The notes: a model not told the origin generated them from the sequence alone. Counted from the whole stretch's first letter, positions 11,418-24,592 are shown. The stretch: 63,841 bases of DNA, filler included, from Octopus bimaculoides (GCF_001194135.2; 6 parts of 4 records of this genome joined end to end with filler, not necessarily neighbours in it), one strand, 5' to 3'. Numbers and translations are program-made.

Positions 11418-13253
11418 TTAGGTTGGAAAGAAAGTCCNNNNNNNNNNNNNNNNNNNNNNNNNNNNNNNNNNNNNNNNNNNNNNNNNNNNNNNNNNNNNNN
11501 NNNNNNNNNNNNNNNNNNNNNNNNNNNNNNNNNNNNNNNNNNNNNNNNNNNNNNNNNNNNNNNNNNNNNNNNNNNNNNNNNNNNNNNNNNNNNNNNNNNN
11601 NNNNNNNNNNNNNNNNNNNNNNNNNNNNNNNNNNNNNNNNNNNNNNNNNNNNNNNNNNNNNNNNNNNNNNNNNNNNNNNNNNNNNNNNNNNNNNNNNNNN
11701 NNNNNNNNNNNNNNNNNNNNNNNNNNNNNNNNNNNNNNNNNNNNNNNNNNNNNNNNNNNNNNNNNNNNNNNNNNNNNNNNNNNNNNNNNNNNNNNNNNNN
11801 NNNNNNNNNNNNNNNNNNNNNNNNNNNNNNNNNNNNNNNNNNNNNNNNNNNNNNNNNNNNNNNNNNNNNNNNNNNNNNNNNNNNNNNNNNNNNNNNNNNN
11901 NNNNNNNNNNNNNNNNNNNNNNNNNNNNNNNNNNNNNNNNNNNNNNNNNNNNCCATTCAAAGTAGATCTCACATATGGTTCCAGCAAGATAGGATAACTG
12001 TTCTTACCGCAAGAGAAACAATGCAGTTGCTACGGCAGTGCTTTGGAGAGAGAATAATTTCCCGCTACGACAATGTCAACAGGCCTTCACGTTCCCCAGA
12101 TTTGACTAGCCCGGATTTTTTCTTGTGAGGATACCTGAAAGAGAGGATTTACGTCAACAAACCGGAGACCCTGGTTCAACTGAAGGAGAATATCAATAGA
12201 GAAATCAGAGAGAGAAGCGGGGCCTGAAACTCTTGAGGATGTTATGGTGCAAGGTTTGGAAAGAGCACGGGCGTGCGAAGCCGAAAATGGCAGTCATTTA
12301 AGCAATGTCATTTTTCATATTTGATGTAGTGATGTTGCAAAATTTGACTTGTGCATATTAATTTCCATTATGTCCTTTATATTGGATAACAATTCCATGC
12401 ATTTATTTGTAAAGTTAAGGAAGTTATTAAAATTGAAACCCTTCAGTGACTTTTGAGACACCCTGTATATCTAAACTGATCAAGAGTTTTCTCATAAACT
12501 GATAGTCTTTATGCTTAATCAAAGAGTTCCCTTCTGTTCATCACTAAAAAGAGAATTTCCTAGCGAACTTTTCCTGAGTAGAACCTTCACAAGTGATGAA
12601 AAGCGTAATCATATCTGTAATTATATCTGTAATCATAACAAACGATATAATCTCCGTAATCATATCCAACTAATATAACAATGTTTGGCGCCAGTGAAAA
12701 AGGAAAGTCCATCTCCAAACCAGGACTACACCTGGTGTTTGGTGAGATATGAAGGGTGTTATGAAATTTTAAACCAAAATGAAACAATTAATTCAGAGAA
12801 TTATGTCGTCAGTTGGAAGCATTACACAAAAAAATTACAATGATGAGTAAATGTGCACGTCATTGGTCAGTTGTAAATGGGTATTGCTCTTACATGATAC
12901 TGCAAGACAATATATTGTCCTAATCATTCAGGAAAAACGTATGGCAGTGTGTGTGTGTGTGTGTAAGTTTTACTTCATTCTCTATACTCTCCTAGCCTTA
13001 CATCATCTTACTGCCATCTTTTCCAGATCATTGCAACATTATTTAGAAGGAAAACAATTTATTAATTATGAAGAAGATTAAGATTATATTGAGAGTTTCT
13101 TTGCTTCGAAACCTAAAGAATTTATGTCCGATGGCTCAACAATTTGCCAAATAGATAAAATTAGGTTGTCAATAACAAGGGATATATTACCTTGATTAAA
13201 TATACCAGTTAAGATCAAACAAGCATTTGTTTCTTTCCAAACTCAACCCAATA
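11418..13253 (+). mobile_element. Degenerate mariner (DD34D-type) transposon containing a gap and a nested element
   Basis: Left end ttaggttggaaagaaa; right end tttctttccaaactcaacccaa+TA (imperfect TIR pair). Remnants FLSRTFTSDEK, VLLLHDTAR and IFSRSLQHYLEGKQF at 12570-13080. Confidence 0.7.
11953..12467 (+). mobile_element. Tc1/mariner DD41D-type transposase 3' fragment with right TIR
   Basis: WFQQD-x41-D (SPDLTSPDFF), then GYLKERIYVNKPETL. Ends gagacaccctg (12465) + TA. Confidence 0.85.
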
Positions 13254-13261
13254 TACACACA

Positions 13262-13304
<43 letters not shown>

Positions 13305-13339
13305 NNNNNNNNNNNNNNNNNNNNNNNNNNNATATAATA

Positions 13340-14647
13340 TAAATATATGCATATATCCATGCATATATGTACATACATGCATCTATATATATATACATAC
13401 ATGCATATATGGGTACAGGACATCAAAAAAACGTTAAACATAATGAGAAATGAAAACAGAAAAACGAAAACAGAAAACGAACTTTTTTCGAACAACGATA
13501 AAAACAAACGGAGAAACGAGACATGCAACATAAAGGGTATACCCCTTCGTCAGTTGTCCCTGTTCCATTTACTCCGCGTTTCGAAGGCAAGGACAATACA
13601 CATCTTTTCTATAGGAAGACAGTGGGCAGAAAGGGAGATCCCCTTTCGTCACGTGTCAGCGACGAGAGGGTCAAGGAGGAAGAGTGAGAGAGAGAGAGAA
13701 AGAGAGAGAGAGAGAACGGTGAAAGGAAGAGAAGAATAGGAAATGGGTGAGAGAGAAAAACAGAAAGGATGAAGGACAAGAGAGGGAGAGAGATAGACAG
13801 GGAAAACGTTTTTTTGATGTCCTGTACCCATATATGCATGTATGTATACATATAGATGTGATCGAACGCCACGCATCTTTTTCCAAGTAAGATTCATCTT
13901 AATAATTACAATGCGCACTCTACTACTATTACTATGATTTCCTTGTCTATCTCTCTCCCTCTTTTGTTCTTCATCCTTTCTGCTTTTCTCACCCACCCTT
14001 TCCTTATTCTTCTCTTCCTTTCACCGTTCTCTCTCTCTCTCTCTCACTCTTCCTCCTTGACCCTCTCGTCACTGACACGTGACGAAAGGGGATCTCTCTA
14101 CCCACTGTCTTCCTATAGAAAAGACGTGTTTTTTCTGTCTCTTCTCTCATGCACGTATATCTAGCGTTCATAGTAATTTTTCTATCGTCTTGGCTTAACA
14201 GCCCTCACTGTTTGTTTTTACTGTCTTGTTCACACTGTCCTGTTCTTACTGATTTTACTGTCTTGTTCTCACTCTCCTGTTCTTTCACCCTCCGCAAAAA
14301 ATTTCGAATTTTATTTAATTTGCTTTGCAGGAAGGACTGTTCCAACGAAGTCGCGTATTGTCCTTGCCTTCAAAACGCAGAGTAGATGAAACAGGGACAA
14401 TTGACGAAGGGGTATACTCATTATGTTGCATGTCTCGTTTCTCTGTTTGATTTTTTTTTTGTTGTTGTTGTTAGAAAAAAGTTCGTTTTCTGTTTTCGTT
14501 TTTATGTTTTCGTTTCTCAATGTGTTTAACGCATGTATGTATACATATAGATGTAGGTATGTACATATATGTATGGATATATGCATGTATTTATATATTA
14601 TTTATATTATTATATGATCGAACACCACGCATCTTTTTCCAAGTAAG
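13340..14647. mobile_element. Foldback arrangement of a non-autonomous, probably Penelope-like repeat
   Basis: 13394-13435 is inverted at 13805-13848; 13598-13803 at 13939-14128; 13345-13597 at 14355-14590. The block tgatcgaac-ccacgcatctttttccaagtaag is directly repeated at ~13858 and ~14614. The PLE assignment is inference from the inverted-terminal architecture. Confidence 0.75.
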
Positions 14648-14736
<89 letters not shown>

Positions 14737-14933
14737 AAGTTGGTATGTGAAAGCACGTGGTTGGATGTATAAAAGATAATAAGAGTGAAAAAAACTACAG
14801 AAGGCTTGTGTTACATGGTTAAAGTATATATTTAAATTTTGTCAGAAAAATGTTATAAAATCTTTTTGGTATATAAACATTGTATTTTGAGAAATAACCG
14901 GTTTCGTGTTGTATTTTCAAATTTTTCTACTTC

Positions 14934-15033
14934 NNNNNNNNNNNNNNNNNNNNNNNNNNNNNNNNNNNNNNNNNNNNTTAATTAATTAANNNNNNNNNNN
15001 NNNNNNNNNNNNNNNNNNNNNNNNNNNNNNNNN
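14934..15033. other. Synthetic scaffold-join spacer N44-TTAATTAATTAA-N44
   Basis: Exactly 100 bp; the 12-mer gives stops in all six frames; five identical instances in the window. Confidence 0.95.
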
Positions 15034-15392
15034 CCTGCTAATTCTTGTTTACACGACTTTAAGAGGACAGCTGGGAAACCATCGGGGCCAGTTGCCGAAT
15101 TTGAGCTCATTTCATTTATGGCAGCTATCACATCTTCCTCTTCAATGTCGATGTAGGTAATGGATGCAGTCCCCTTCTGCTGAGTGCTATTGACAAAGAA
15201 ATCAGCTGGGTTCTTTATCTGCATGTGACTCAGAGGAGAGGTGAAGACACTCTTGAATTGTGTACTGAGCACTTCACTTATCCATGTGGGATCTGCAGTC
15301 AGTGAGCCATTAGGCAGGAACAGGGGTCCTATCTTATACTGCACCGTAGCAGTCTCCTTTGCAAATCTATAGAAAGCCTTGGGGTTTGTTTT

Positions 15393-15393
<1 letters not shown>
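15034..15393 (-). mobile_element. CR1-group LINE ORF2 fragment (endonuclease-RT linker)
   Basis: NPKAFYRFAK...IGPL...LSTQFKSVF...EEDVIAAINEMSSNSATGPDGFPAVLLKSCKQEL. Confidence 0.82.
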
Positions 15394-15423
<30 letters not shown>

Positions 15424-16026
15424 GTCTGTATGTATGTATAGATATATGTATGTGTACCAGAGTAAACGCATACATGTGAGAAAAGGTCAAGAAAAAATAG
15501 TACTCGAATACCGGAGGTAGAGTAATATGCTTTATTATTAAAGCTTGAAAAACATCATGTTTTTGTGATGTTTTTCCAGCTTTTATAATAAAGTATGTCT
15601 TTGTCTGTCAGTATATATATGTATGTATGCAAATATATATGCAAATGTATACATACATACATATGGCCTGTGCTACTTGCAAGCCTTCCGCTCATTATTA
15701 ACTACACTTGACATTCGAAGATGGAACTAGAAACGTTTATTATCCCTTGCCAAGGATATTATTGAATTCATCAACAATGGAACTGCTAACTGCTATCATC
15801 TCTTGCTAGGGATCTCTTTAATTCTTCGCCCANNNNNNNNNNATTATTAACTACACTTGACATTCGAAGATGGAACTAGAAACGTTTATTATCCCTTGCC
15901 AAGGATATTATTGAATTCATCAACAATGGAACTGCTAACTGCTATCATCTCTTGCTAGGGATCTCTTTAATTCTTCGCCCATGGAACTGCTAACCAGAAT
16001 TATATTTTACTACGGATGCTCCTTGT

Positions 16027-16313
16027 GGAGGCGCAATGGCCCAGTGGTTAGCGTAGCGGACTCGCGGTCGGAGGATCGCGGTTTCAATTCCCAGACCGGG
16101 CATTGTGTTTGTTTATTGAGCGAAAACACCTAAAGCTCCACGAGGCTCCGGCAGGGTGTGACCCCTGTTGTACTCTTTCACCCCAACTCTTTCTTCCAGT
16201 TTCTTGAGTATCGCTGCAAGGGACTGGCGTCCCGTCCAGCTGGGGAGAACACATACGTCATAGAAACCGGGAAAGCAGTCCCATGAGCCTGGTTAGGCTT
16301 TAAAAGGGTGCAT
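16027..16313 (+). mobile_element. tRNA-derived SINE (family 3) with a V-domain-like core
   Basis: A box tggcccagtgg; B-box-like ggtttcaattcc; gactggcgtcccgtccag recalled as a V-SINE-like motif. Homolog on the minus strand at 32490-32640. Confidence 0.8.
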
Positions 16314-16682
16314 AAGGATAAGGAAAGGATGCTCCTTAATTCTTTGATGAACAGATAAATACTAATATTCTTTATCAAGACGGATATTGGTTATCAGTCA
16401 AAATTTGTTATCAGACAAATATTTAAGATCCACCAATATCCATAGAGTATTTATAATGACCAATATTAGAAAATCGAATGAGAAAATGAATTTATAACTT
16501 CAATTTTCAAACCTTTCACCGTAATTCCCTTTAATGAATCTTACATAACTATGCAATAATTTCTGCAAAAACAGATATTTTATCACCTACTAAAGACTCG
16601 TTAGTTTCGCATATAGTGTGTACTATTCAGTGAGAAGAAGAAGAAGAAGAAGAAGAAGCCGTTACAGATGATGATAATGATA

Positions 16683-16727
<45 letters not shown>

Positions 16728-16749
16728 GTGATGATGATTAATAACATTA

Positions 16750-16960
16750 GCTTGTGATCGGAGTGACAGGAATATCCATGCGGTATTTATTCAGAACCGT
16801 TGCATTCCGAGTTCAAATCCGGGCAAAGACTACTTTGGTTTCCTCTGGCCGGGGGCGATACATGGTGTACCAGTAGAAGGTCGTTAACTGCTGGAAATAT
16901 CAGACGTAGGACGATATACATTGCTATAATTTTCCGGCTGTTGCGTTCTGAGTTTCAATC
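16750..16960 (+). mobile_element. Two degenerate SINE family 1 fragments after a (GAA)/(GAT) microsatellite
   Basis: gttgcattccgagttcaaatcc...ggggcgata and cgttctgagtttcaatc. Confidence 0.55.
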
Positions 16961-19102
16961 ACACAATCGACCACTTGGCTGGTAGGCATTAAACATCATC
17001 CGGGTTATCAGAACCACTTGGAAACTTGGATGACTTTAGCGTCATCAACTGAAAAATATGCGTTTAATGGGACCTGTTCTTTTTTGTGCCCTTCTATCTA
17101 ACACGGAGGTCCCTTATATATCAGCAGGCTCTGACATTATTACCTGACGATTAAATAGTAAATAGCATTCTCATATATATTCATTCACAGCCGAACAAGA
17201 GTGACGAATACAAGTCTGGAAGTAAGTTTAATATTTTATATAATATTTTAACCCATCATTTTAAACTTAAAAATATAAACAAATCAATATACAATATTCT
17301 ACTATGACACACAGACTTACAAAATCTAGACCACAAACAACAAATAGTTCATTTACTGAGCAAATAAAATCAGACCTACTATATATATATATATNNNNNN
17401 NNNNNNNNNNNNNNNNNNNNNNNNNNNNNNNNNNNNNNNNNNNNNNNNNNNNNNNNNNNNNNNNNNNNNNNNNNNNNNNNNNNNNNNNNNNNNNNNNNNN
17501 NNNNNNNNNNNNNNNNNNNNNNNNNNNNNNNNNNNNNNNNNNNNNNNNNNNNNNNNNNNNNNNNNNNNNNNNNNNNNNNNNNNNNNNNNNNNNNNNNNNN
17601 NNNNNNNNNNNNNNNNNNNNNNNNNNNNNNNNNNNNNNNNNNNNNNNNNNNNNNNNNNNNNNNNNNNNNNNNNNNNNNNNNNNNNNNNNNNNNNNNNNNN
17701 NNNNNNNNNNNNNNNNNNNNNNNNNNNNNNNNNNNNNNNNNNNNNNNNNNNNNNNNNNNNNNNNNNNNNNNNNNNNNNNNNNNNNNNNNNNNNNNNNNNN
17801 NNNNNNNNNNNNNNNNNNNNNNNNNNNNNNNNNNNNNNNNNNNNNNNNNNNNNNNNNNNNNNNNNNNNNNNNNNNNNNNNNNNNNNNNNNNNNNNNNNNN
17901 NNNNNNNNNNNNNNNNNNNNNNNNNNNNNNNNNNNNNNNNNNNNNNNNNNNNNNNNNNNNNNNNNNNNNNNNNNNNNNNNNNNNNNNNNNNNNNNNNNNN
18001 NNNNNNNNNNNNNNNNNNNNNNNNNNNNNNNNNNNNNNNNNNNNNNNNNNNNNNNNNNNNNNNNNNNNNNNNNNNNNNNNNNNNNNNNNNNNNNNNNNNN
18101 NNNNNNNNNNNNNNNNNNNNNNNNNNNNNNNNNNNNNNNNNNNNNNNNNNNNNNNNNNNNNNNNNNNNNNNNNNNNNNNNNNNNNNNNNNNNNNNNNNNN
18201 NNNNNNNNNNNNNNNNNNNNNNNNNNNNNNNNNNNNNNNNNNNNNNNNNNNNNNNNNNNNNNNNNNNNNNNNNNNNNNNNNNNNNNNNNNNNNNNNNNNN
18301 NNNNNNNNNNNNNNNNNNNATATATACATCTATTCATAAAGATATATGCATGCACATACACACGTGTGTTTGTGTGTGTCTTTGCGCATGTGTGTGTGAG
18401 TCAGTATGTATTTATATATAGTCTGTGTCATAAGTTCGATATATATAAACAGTAACACAAAATAACTTCAAACATACTCACACACTCACACACACACACA
18501 CACACTTTTGTCTTCAGTATTTTCTTCAATGCTTTTATCTGAACTGAATCTCCGAAACTTTCCTTTCACCAAACTATTTCATCTTTTCCTTTTTTTTTTT
18601 TTTTTTTNNNNNNNNNNTTTTTTTTTTTTTATTTCTGTAATTTTTTTTTTTTATTAAACCACATATTTTATTTATTTATCTATTTCCCTTTATTCTTTAC
18701 AGATTTATTTTCAATCTTCCATCTTTCAAACCAGAACTCCCACCCTCTCTCTCACCTCTCCCTCCTCTCTCTGTGTCTTCCTTCTCCTTATTATCCCTAT
18801 ATTCTTTCTTTCTCCAGCATTCTTTTGCTATTCGATTTTTCTGTTCCTTTTCATTACTGTTTACGATTTTCCTTTATTCTTCTGGTCATGAAATTACAAT
18901 TCACATTTTTCTTGCTCTCTTTATTTCGTTCTTTTCTTTCATTTTTCTTTCTCCTCTTTCATTCCTTTCTTTCTCATATTTCCATATCTTAGGTCCCGAA
19001 CAAGATTATATTTTCTCGACTAATTAACTTAGGACCCTTCCTAATTATATTCATTGGAATTAGAAGCAACGGTGTTTTAGACAACACATGGTCATGAATA
19101 TG

Positions 19103-19143
<41 letters not shown>

Positions 19144-19325
19144 AACATAGATATGTTCATACACGCATGCACCCATTCACACACTGACACACTTGTGTGT
19201 GCTTATAAATATATATGTTTTTCTATATGTGTATATATATATATATATATATACACATAATTAAGGGATCAGCAAACAGTTGCTTCATATATATATATAT
19301 ATAAATATATATATATACACGTGTT

Positions 19326-19552
19326 ATTTCTTTATTGCCCGCAAGGGGCTAAACATAGAGACGAACAAGGACAGACAAAGGGGTTAAGTCGATTAAATCG
19401 ACCCCAGTGCGTAACTGGTACTTAATTTATCGACCCCGAAAGAATGAAAGGCAAAGTCGACCTCGGCGGAATTTGAACTCAGAACGTAACGCCAGACGAA
19501 ATACCGCTAAGCATTTCGCCCGGCGTGCTAACGTTTCTGCCAGCTCACTGCC
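19326..19552 (-). mobile_element. SINE family 1, well conserved
   Basis: Reverse strand reads ggcagtgagctggcagaaacgttagcacgccgggcgaaatgc...gagttcaaattccgccgagg...gataaattaagtacca. Confidence 0.92.
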
Positions 19553-19604
19553 ATGTATGTACGTGTGTGTGTCTATATATGTGTGTATGTGTGTGTGTGT
19601 GTGC

Positions 19605-19640
<36 letters not shown>

Positions 19641-20570
19641 GGGAGAGAAAGAGAGTGATTTCTGTGGGTTACAGTTCGTTAGGACGCTAGCCTTATATAG
19701 AAGATTTGTGTTGTAACAGGTGTTGAGCTCAAATCTCAAATTATTGGAACGCATAGATATCCGTCGTTAATGATTTCTAATCGCAGTAAAAGATGCAGCA
19801 CTGTCCAGGGCAAGCACTTATAGAGGGAGACAGACGATGCAAGTTGAGGCTGTGAGGAGGTGATGCTATTGATAACAGTTACGGTTCGTTTAAACGATAT
19901 CGTGAATCGAATATGTCGGATCAAATATATTTGATCAAATGACAGACAGATAAGAGAGCTTTCGTTTGATCTTAACCGTTACTAGAAAAGAGCAACAAAA
20001 GTTTTCTTCTCATGAACGCCATGCTGGATGTGGTCAGATGCACTTTTCGCAACCATTCGGCTTTGTGTGTTGTTAGAATGGTAAACTGTTGAAAGAAGTG
20101 AATGGAAAGAATGGCAGATACGTGAGGTAAATTAAGTTTTGGAACTAGAGGGGGAAGGGAGTTACACTTGTTGCGTATGAAACTCCCCACCCCTCATTTC
20201 CTCCATTAAATTCTTTTACCATTTTAACACCTAACCATTCTACTTCATTCTCCCCTAATAAAACCATACTCTTCCTTCATTCCTCCTCCTCCTCCTCCTC
20301 CTCCTCCTCCTTTCCTCCTTCTCCTCCCATTCTTACTTCTCCCTTCATTTTCTTTTCTTTTTATCACTTCTGTATTCTTTATTATTTTTAGTTTCTTTTT
20401 ATTTTTTTCTCTTTGATTGTCTTTTCTCTTATTTTTTCCTTTTGTTTCTCTTTTTCTCTTTCTTTCATCTTCTTTCTCTCTACCATCATATGCTATGTGC
20501 GTGTGTGTGCACGTATAACTCGCATCATATCTTCACTTGTAATTTTCCTGACGATCCTGCGCTAAACTAC

Positions 20571-20819
20571 TTAACCACTAAGCTACGCACCTCCACGCAT
20601 TTCTGATGTTCCCTTTATAATTATAAGAAACACGGCCCCTCTGTTACCACAAAACCAGCTTTCTCTCCCCGATGCTTTTTGTGGTATGCCCTTTTCTGCA
20701 TCCGGTTTTTCTGAGTAGCAAGAAAACGGCTGAACGAAAATAAAAATATAGATTTCTCCTAAGGGGTCGAGTACACTTCCGACAGCAAACACGTTCGAAT
20801 GTGTGTGAATGTGGGTGTA

Positions 20820-20860
<41 letters not shown>

Positions 20861-21111
20861 ATAGTTGTTCGTTTTATATAAGTAAGGAGGTTCCACAAAA
20901 TGCAATTTGTCTCGTCCGTACTTACGTAGGGCACGGTGCACTACCGAATTAGAGAAGGCTCCTTACATACAGAAATAGAGTCAGAAAAACCAGACACAAA
21001 GTAAGTGCAAGAGTGGGCCATACTTCTAAGTGCATCGGGGAGAGAAAGCTGTTTCCGATAATTATAAAGGGAATAACAGAAATGCGTGGAGGCGCGTAGC
21101 TTAGTGGTTAA
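20571..21111. repeat. Long imperfect inverted repeat (arms ~20571-20716 and ~20979-21111) around a (GT)n-containing spacer
   Basis: Perfect 20-bp cagctttctctccccgatgc / gcatcggggagagaaagctg, plus matched blocks ttaaccactaagctacgc..ctccacgcatttctg, ccctttataattat and ggtttttctga. Confidence 0.85.
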
Positions 21112-21290
21112 GGGGTCAGGCTCATGATCATTTGATTGTGATTTCGATTCCAGAACTGGGTGATGCTTTATATTCTTCAGCAAAACTCTTCATTTGTCAT
21201 TGCCCCAATCCAATCAGCTGGTAAAAATGTCTAAATCTGCAACGGACCAGCGTTCTGTCCAGGTGGGGGAAGAGATACCCCATGGAAAGC
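21085..21290 (+). mobile_element. Degenerate tRNA-derived SINE (family 3-related)
   Basis: gtggaggcgcgtagcttagtggttaagg...ttcgattcc...ggaccagcgttctgtccagg. Confidence 0.65.
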
Positions 21291-21371
21291 GGGAAATTTA
21301 CTTTCTTTTTTTATAACAGAAACGCTATCCGAACGTCTGTTGAATGTCAATCTGAATCAAACACCTATTGG

Positions 21372-21428
<57 letters not shown>

Positions 21429-21869
21429 CTCCAAGGTACGCTACATACATTCAGATGTCAGAAAGATTTTACTCGGTATCAGCACACATGCACATTTAGA
21501 AATTTCACTTTAGCTCGTAATCTCGGATAATACTCCGAGTTCATGACACGAAGGGATCTAGCTTTCTCAGTTCTACTGGAAATTGAAATATAGGCAACCA
21601 TAATAGTTACAACTCTGACAAATAAGAATACGTATATACGTACATACATCTACGCAAAATCGTACTTATAAATTATCAGCAAATATATTCAAAAGAGCAG
21701 CGATATACATTTACGTAACAAACTTGCGCGGAGATATATAAGCCAAATATGCATTTATGTTGTGTGTGAAAGAGAGAGAGAGCGTATGTGTGCAATACAT
21801 ATATACGTATATATATATACGTATATATATATCGTAAAGCCTTCTGTTTGTTTTCCTGTCTTGTTTTTC

Positions 21870-22140
21870 GTCCGCCACTACATTCCTCCATGGCTAGATT
21901 TAATTTGCGTATACAGATTTAATCTGCGATCCATGGGACGAGCCGTTTTAACGTTGCGTCCTGCCCGAAGCTCGTCGAAACGCCGGTGTTAAAACGTGGG
22001 TAGCTGATGAAGTAGAATGTTCTCTATGTGGCTCGTGTGCTCTCGTCTACGTTTGTTTGCAATGTCCTGTACCCAGATATGCACCTATACATACAGGTGG
22101 ATGTCGGTATGCACATACCTGTACGTATATATGCATATAC
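21870..22140 (+). repeat. Diverged relative of the 13.4-14.6 kb repeat
   Basis: Shares the terminal atgtcctgtaccca-atatgca and the GAAAC...CTGATGAA motif order. Confidence 0.5.
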
Positions 22141-22963
22141 TCATTTACTTTTGTATATATATATATATANNNNNNNNNNNNNNNNNNNNNNNNNNNNNNN
22201 NNNNNNNNNNNNNNNNNNNNNNNNNNNNNNNNNNNNNNNNNNNNNNNNNNNNNNNNNNNNNNNNNNNNNNNNNNNNNNNNNNNNNNNNNNNNNNNNNNNN
22301 NNNNNNNNNNNNNNNNNNNNNNNNNNNNNNNNNNNNNNNNNNNNNNNNNNNNNNNNNNNNNNNNNNNNNNNNNNNNNNNNNNNNNNNNNNNNNNNNNNNN
22401 NNNNNNNNNNNNNNNNNNNNNNNNNNNNNNNNNNNNNNNNNNNNNNNNNNNNNNNNNNNNNNNNNNNNNNNNNNNNNNNNNNNNNNNNNNNNNNNNNNNN
22501 NNNNNNNNNNNNNNNNNNNNNNNNNNNNNNNNNNNNNNNNNNNNNNNNNNNNNNNNNNNNNNNNNNNNNNNNNNNNNNNNNNNNNNNNNNNNNNNNNNNN
22601 NNNNNNNNNNNNNNNNNNNNNNNNNNNNNNNNNNNNNNNNNNNNNNNNNNNNNNNNNNNNNNNNNNNNNNNNNNNNNNNNNNNNNNNNNNNNNNNNNNNN
22701 NNNNNNNNNNNNNNNNNNNNNNNNNNNNNNNNNNNNNNNNNNNNNNNNNNNNNNNNNNNNNNNNNNNNNNNNNNNNNNNNNNNNNNNNNNNNNNNNNNNN
22801 NNNNNNNNNNNNNNNNNNNNNNNNNNNNNNNNNNNNNNNNNNNNNNNNNNNNNNNNNNNNNNNNNNNNNNNNNNNNNNNNNNNNNNNNNNNNNNNNNNNN
22901 NNNNNNNNNNNNNNNNNNNNNNNNNNNNNNNNNNNNNNNNNNNNNNNNNNNNNNNNNNNNNNN

Positions 22964-23020
<57 letters not shown>

Positions 23021-24275
23021 TATATATGCATTCACACACACAGGTATACATACACATATAGACAGGAATAAATGTGTGCATATGTATCGCGCGTGGATGG
23101 ATGCATATTTACATATACATCATGCGTATAAATACATATCTGCAAATATATATGTATATATATTCATAAGTACACGTATACATACACACACACATATGTA
23201 TATATATATACATACACAGACACACACACGTATATGCATGCATACATAAAGAATATATTACTGCGAAAGCCACCCATGTGATAGGCCAGATAAATTTAAT
23301 CAGACCCCACTGACAAACATCAAAGAACCATTCTCTGTATGCCGCAAACCATGTTATTCCATTTCCCAGGAATTAAGCAAATTTATTTGCGTGAGTTTGC
23401 TGTATACTACAGAACAGAGCATACGGCACACCACGCAGACATACGCATGCAATAAACTCAGATATTGCACATGCATTACAGCAACACCACACATAACTTG
23501 TGTTGACACAAATGCTGATGCATACACAAAATACAAATATATATATATATATATATATAGCGGTGTGTGTATCATCTGCAATGCTATCTATTTAATCGAT
23601 CTTCATCTTAGTTTATCCTACTAATATCGCTTCCTTAAACTTTCAATTAGATCTCTTTACCATTCTTCCAGGCAACTTTTAGTTCCAATGACGTGGTTCT
23701 GTGCTTGCCCCGACATGATGAATTCCTTCTACTCACCTCACTTTTAGTCTCTCTCTCACCCTTTCTCTCTTTCTCTTTCTCGTTGTCTGAGTAGATGTGT
23801 GTATATATAAGTATATATATATGTACATATATACATATATATATATATATTTACATATATGTATATACATATATATATATACACACATATATATATGTGT
23901 GGGAGGGGCGTGTGTGTATGTATGTGTGCGTACATACATGTTAACAAAAGCACGTACACGTTCATACACAGAGGCACACATATATACATACACACATTTG
24001 TATGTATTTATATACAGATATAACATCTACACGTGTGTGTATAAATATACAAACTCATAAACACATATATATCAGTTTCTCTGTATTATGTCTCCACATT
24101 TGTTTGTCTGTCTGTGTGTCTGTCTCTTACCCTCTCTCTCTCTCTCTTTCTCTCCATATATATATACAATCTGTTACAGTCTGTCATACCGGCCATGATG
24201 AAATACCACAAGGTATAGAAAATATGTATTCGCCTTTATATATTTAATCCTTTATATTGAACACTCAGTATTTCA

Positions 24276-24338
24276 TATATTCAATAAGACATATTCCATA
24301 TATTCAATAAGACATATTCCATATATTCAATAAGACAT
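24276..24338. repeat. 23-bp tandem repeat, about 2.7 copies
   Basis: Unit atatattcaataagacatattcc is directly visible. Confidence 0.9.
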
Positions 24339-24530
24339 TCAATACTTCATTTCATTGTACCATCCATTTTTATATTATATATCATATATTCCATATTCTA
24401 TATCCCACATTAATTTTACAAGATATAAATAAAACATAAAAAACAGACGGAGTTGGAATTCTTTTAAATAAAATAATATATTCCTCTATACACGATCATA
24501 CAAAACCCCTTTTTTGTATTCATTTTTACT

Positions 24531-24592
<62 letters not shown>

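Noticed and set aside
15694-15981. ~139-bp direct duplication around an N10 gap
   Set aside because: Same unmerged-overlap artifact; not LTRs or CRISPR repeats.
17267-18455. Long ORFs spanning N runs (also at 11.3, 22, 27.5, 29.3, 31.1, 35.4, 39.6 and 43.5 kb)
   Set aside because: The frames stay open only because of Ns and dinucleotide repeats.
19917-19936. 18-bp palindrome gatcaaatatatttgatc
   Set aside because: Isolated AT-rich palindrome with no supporting context.
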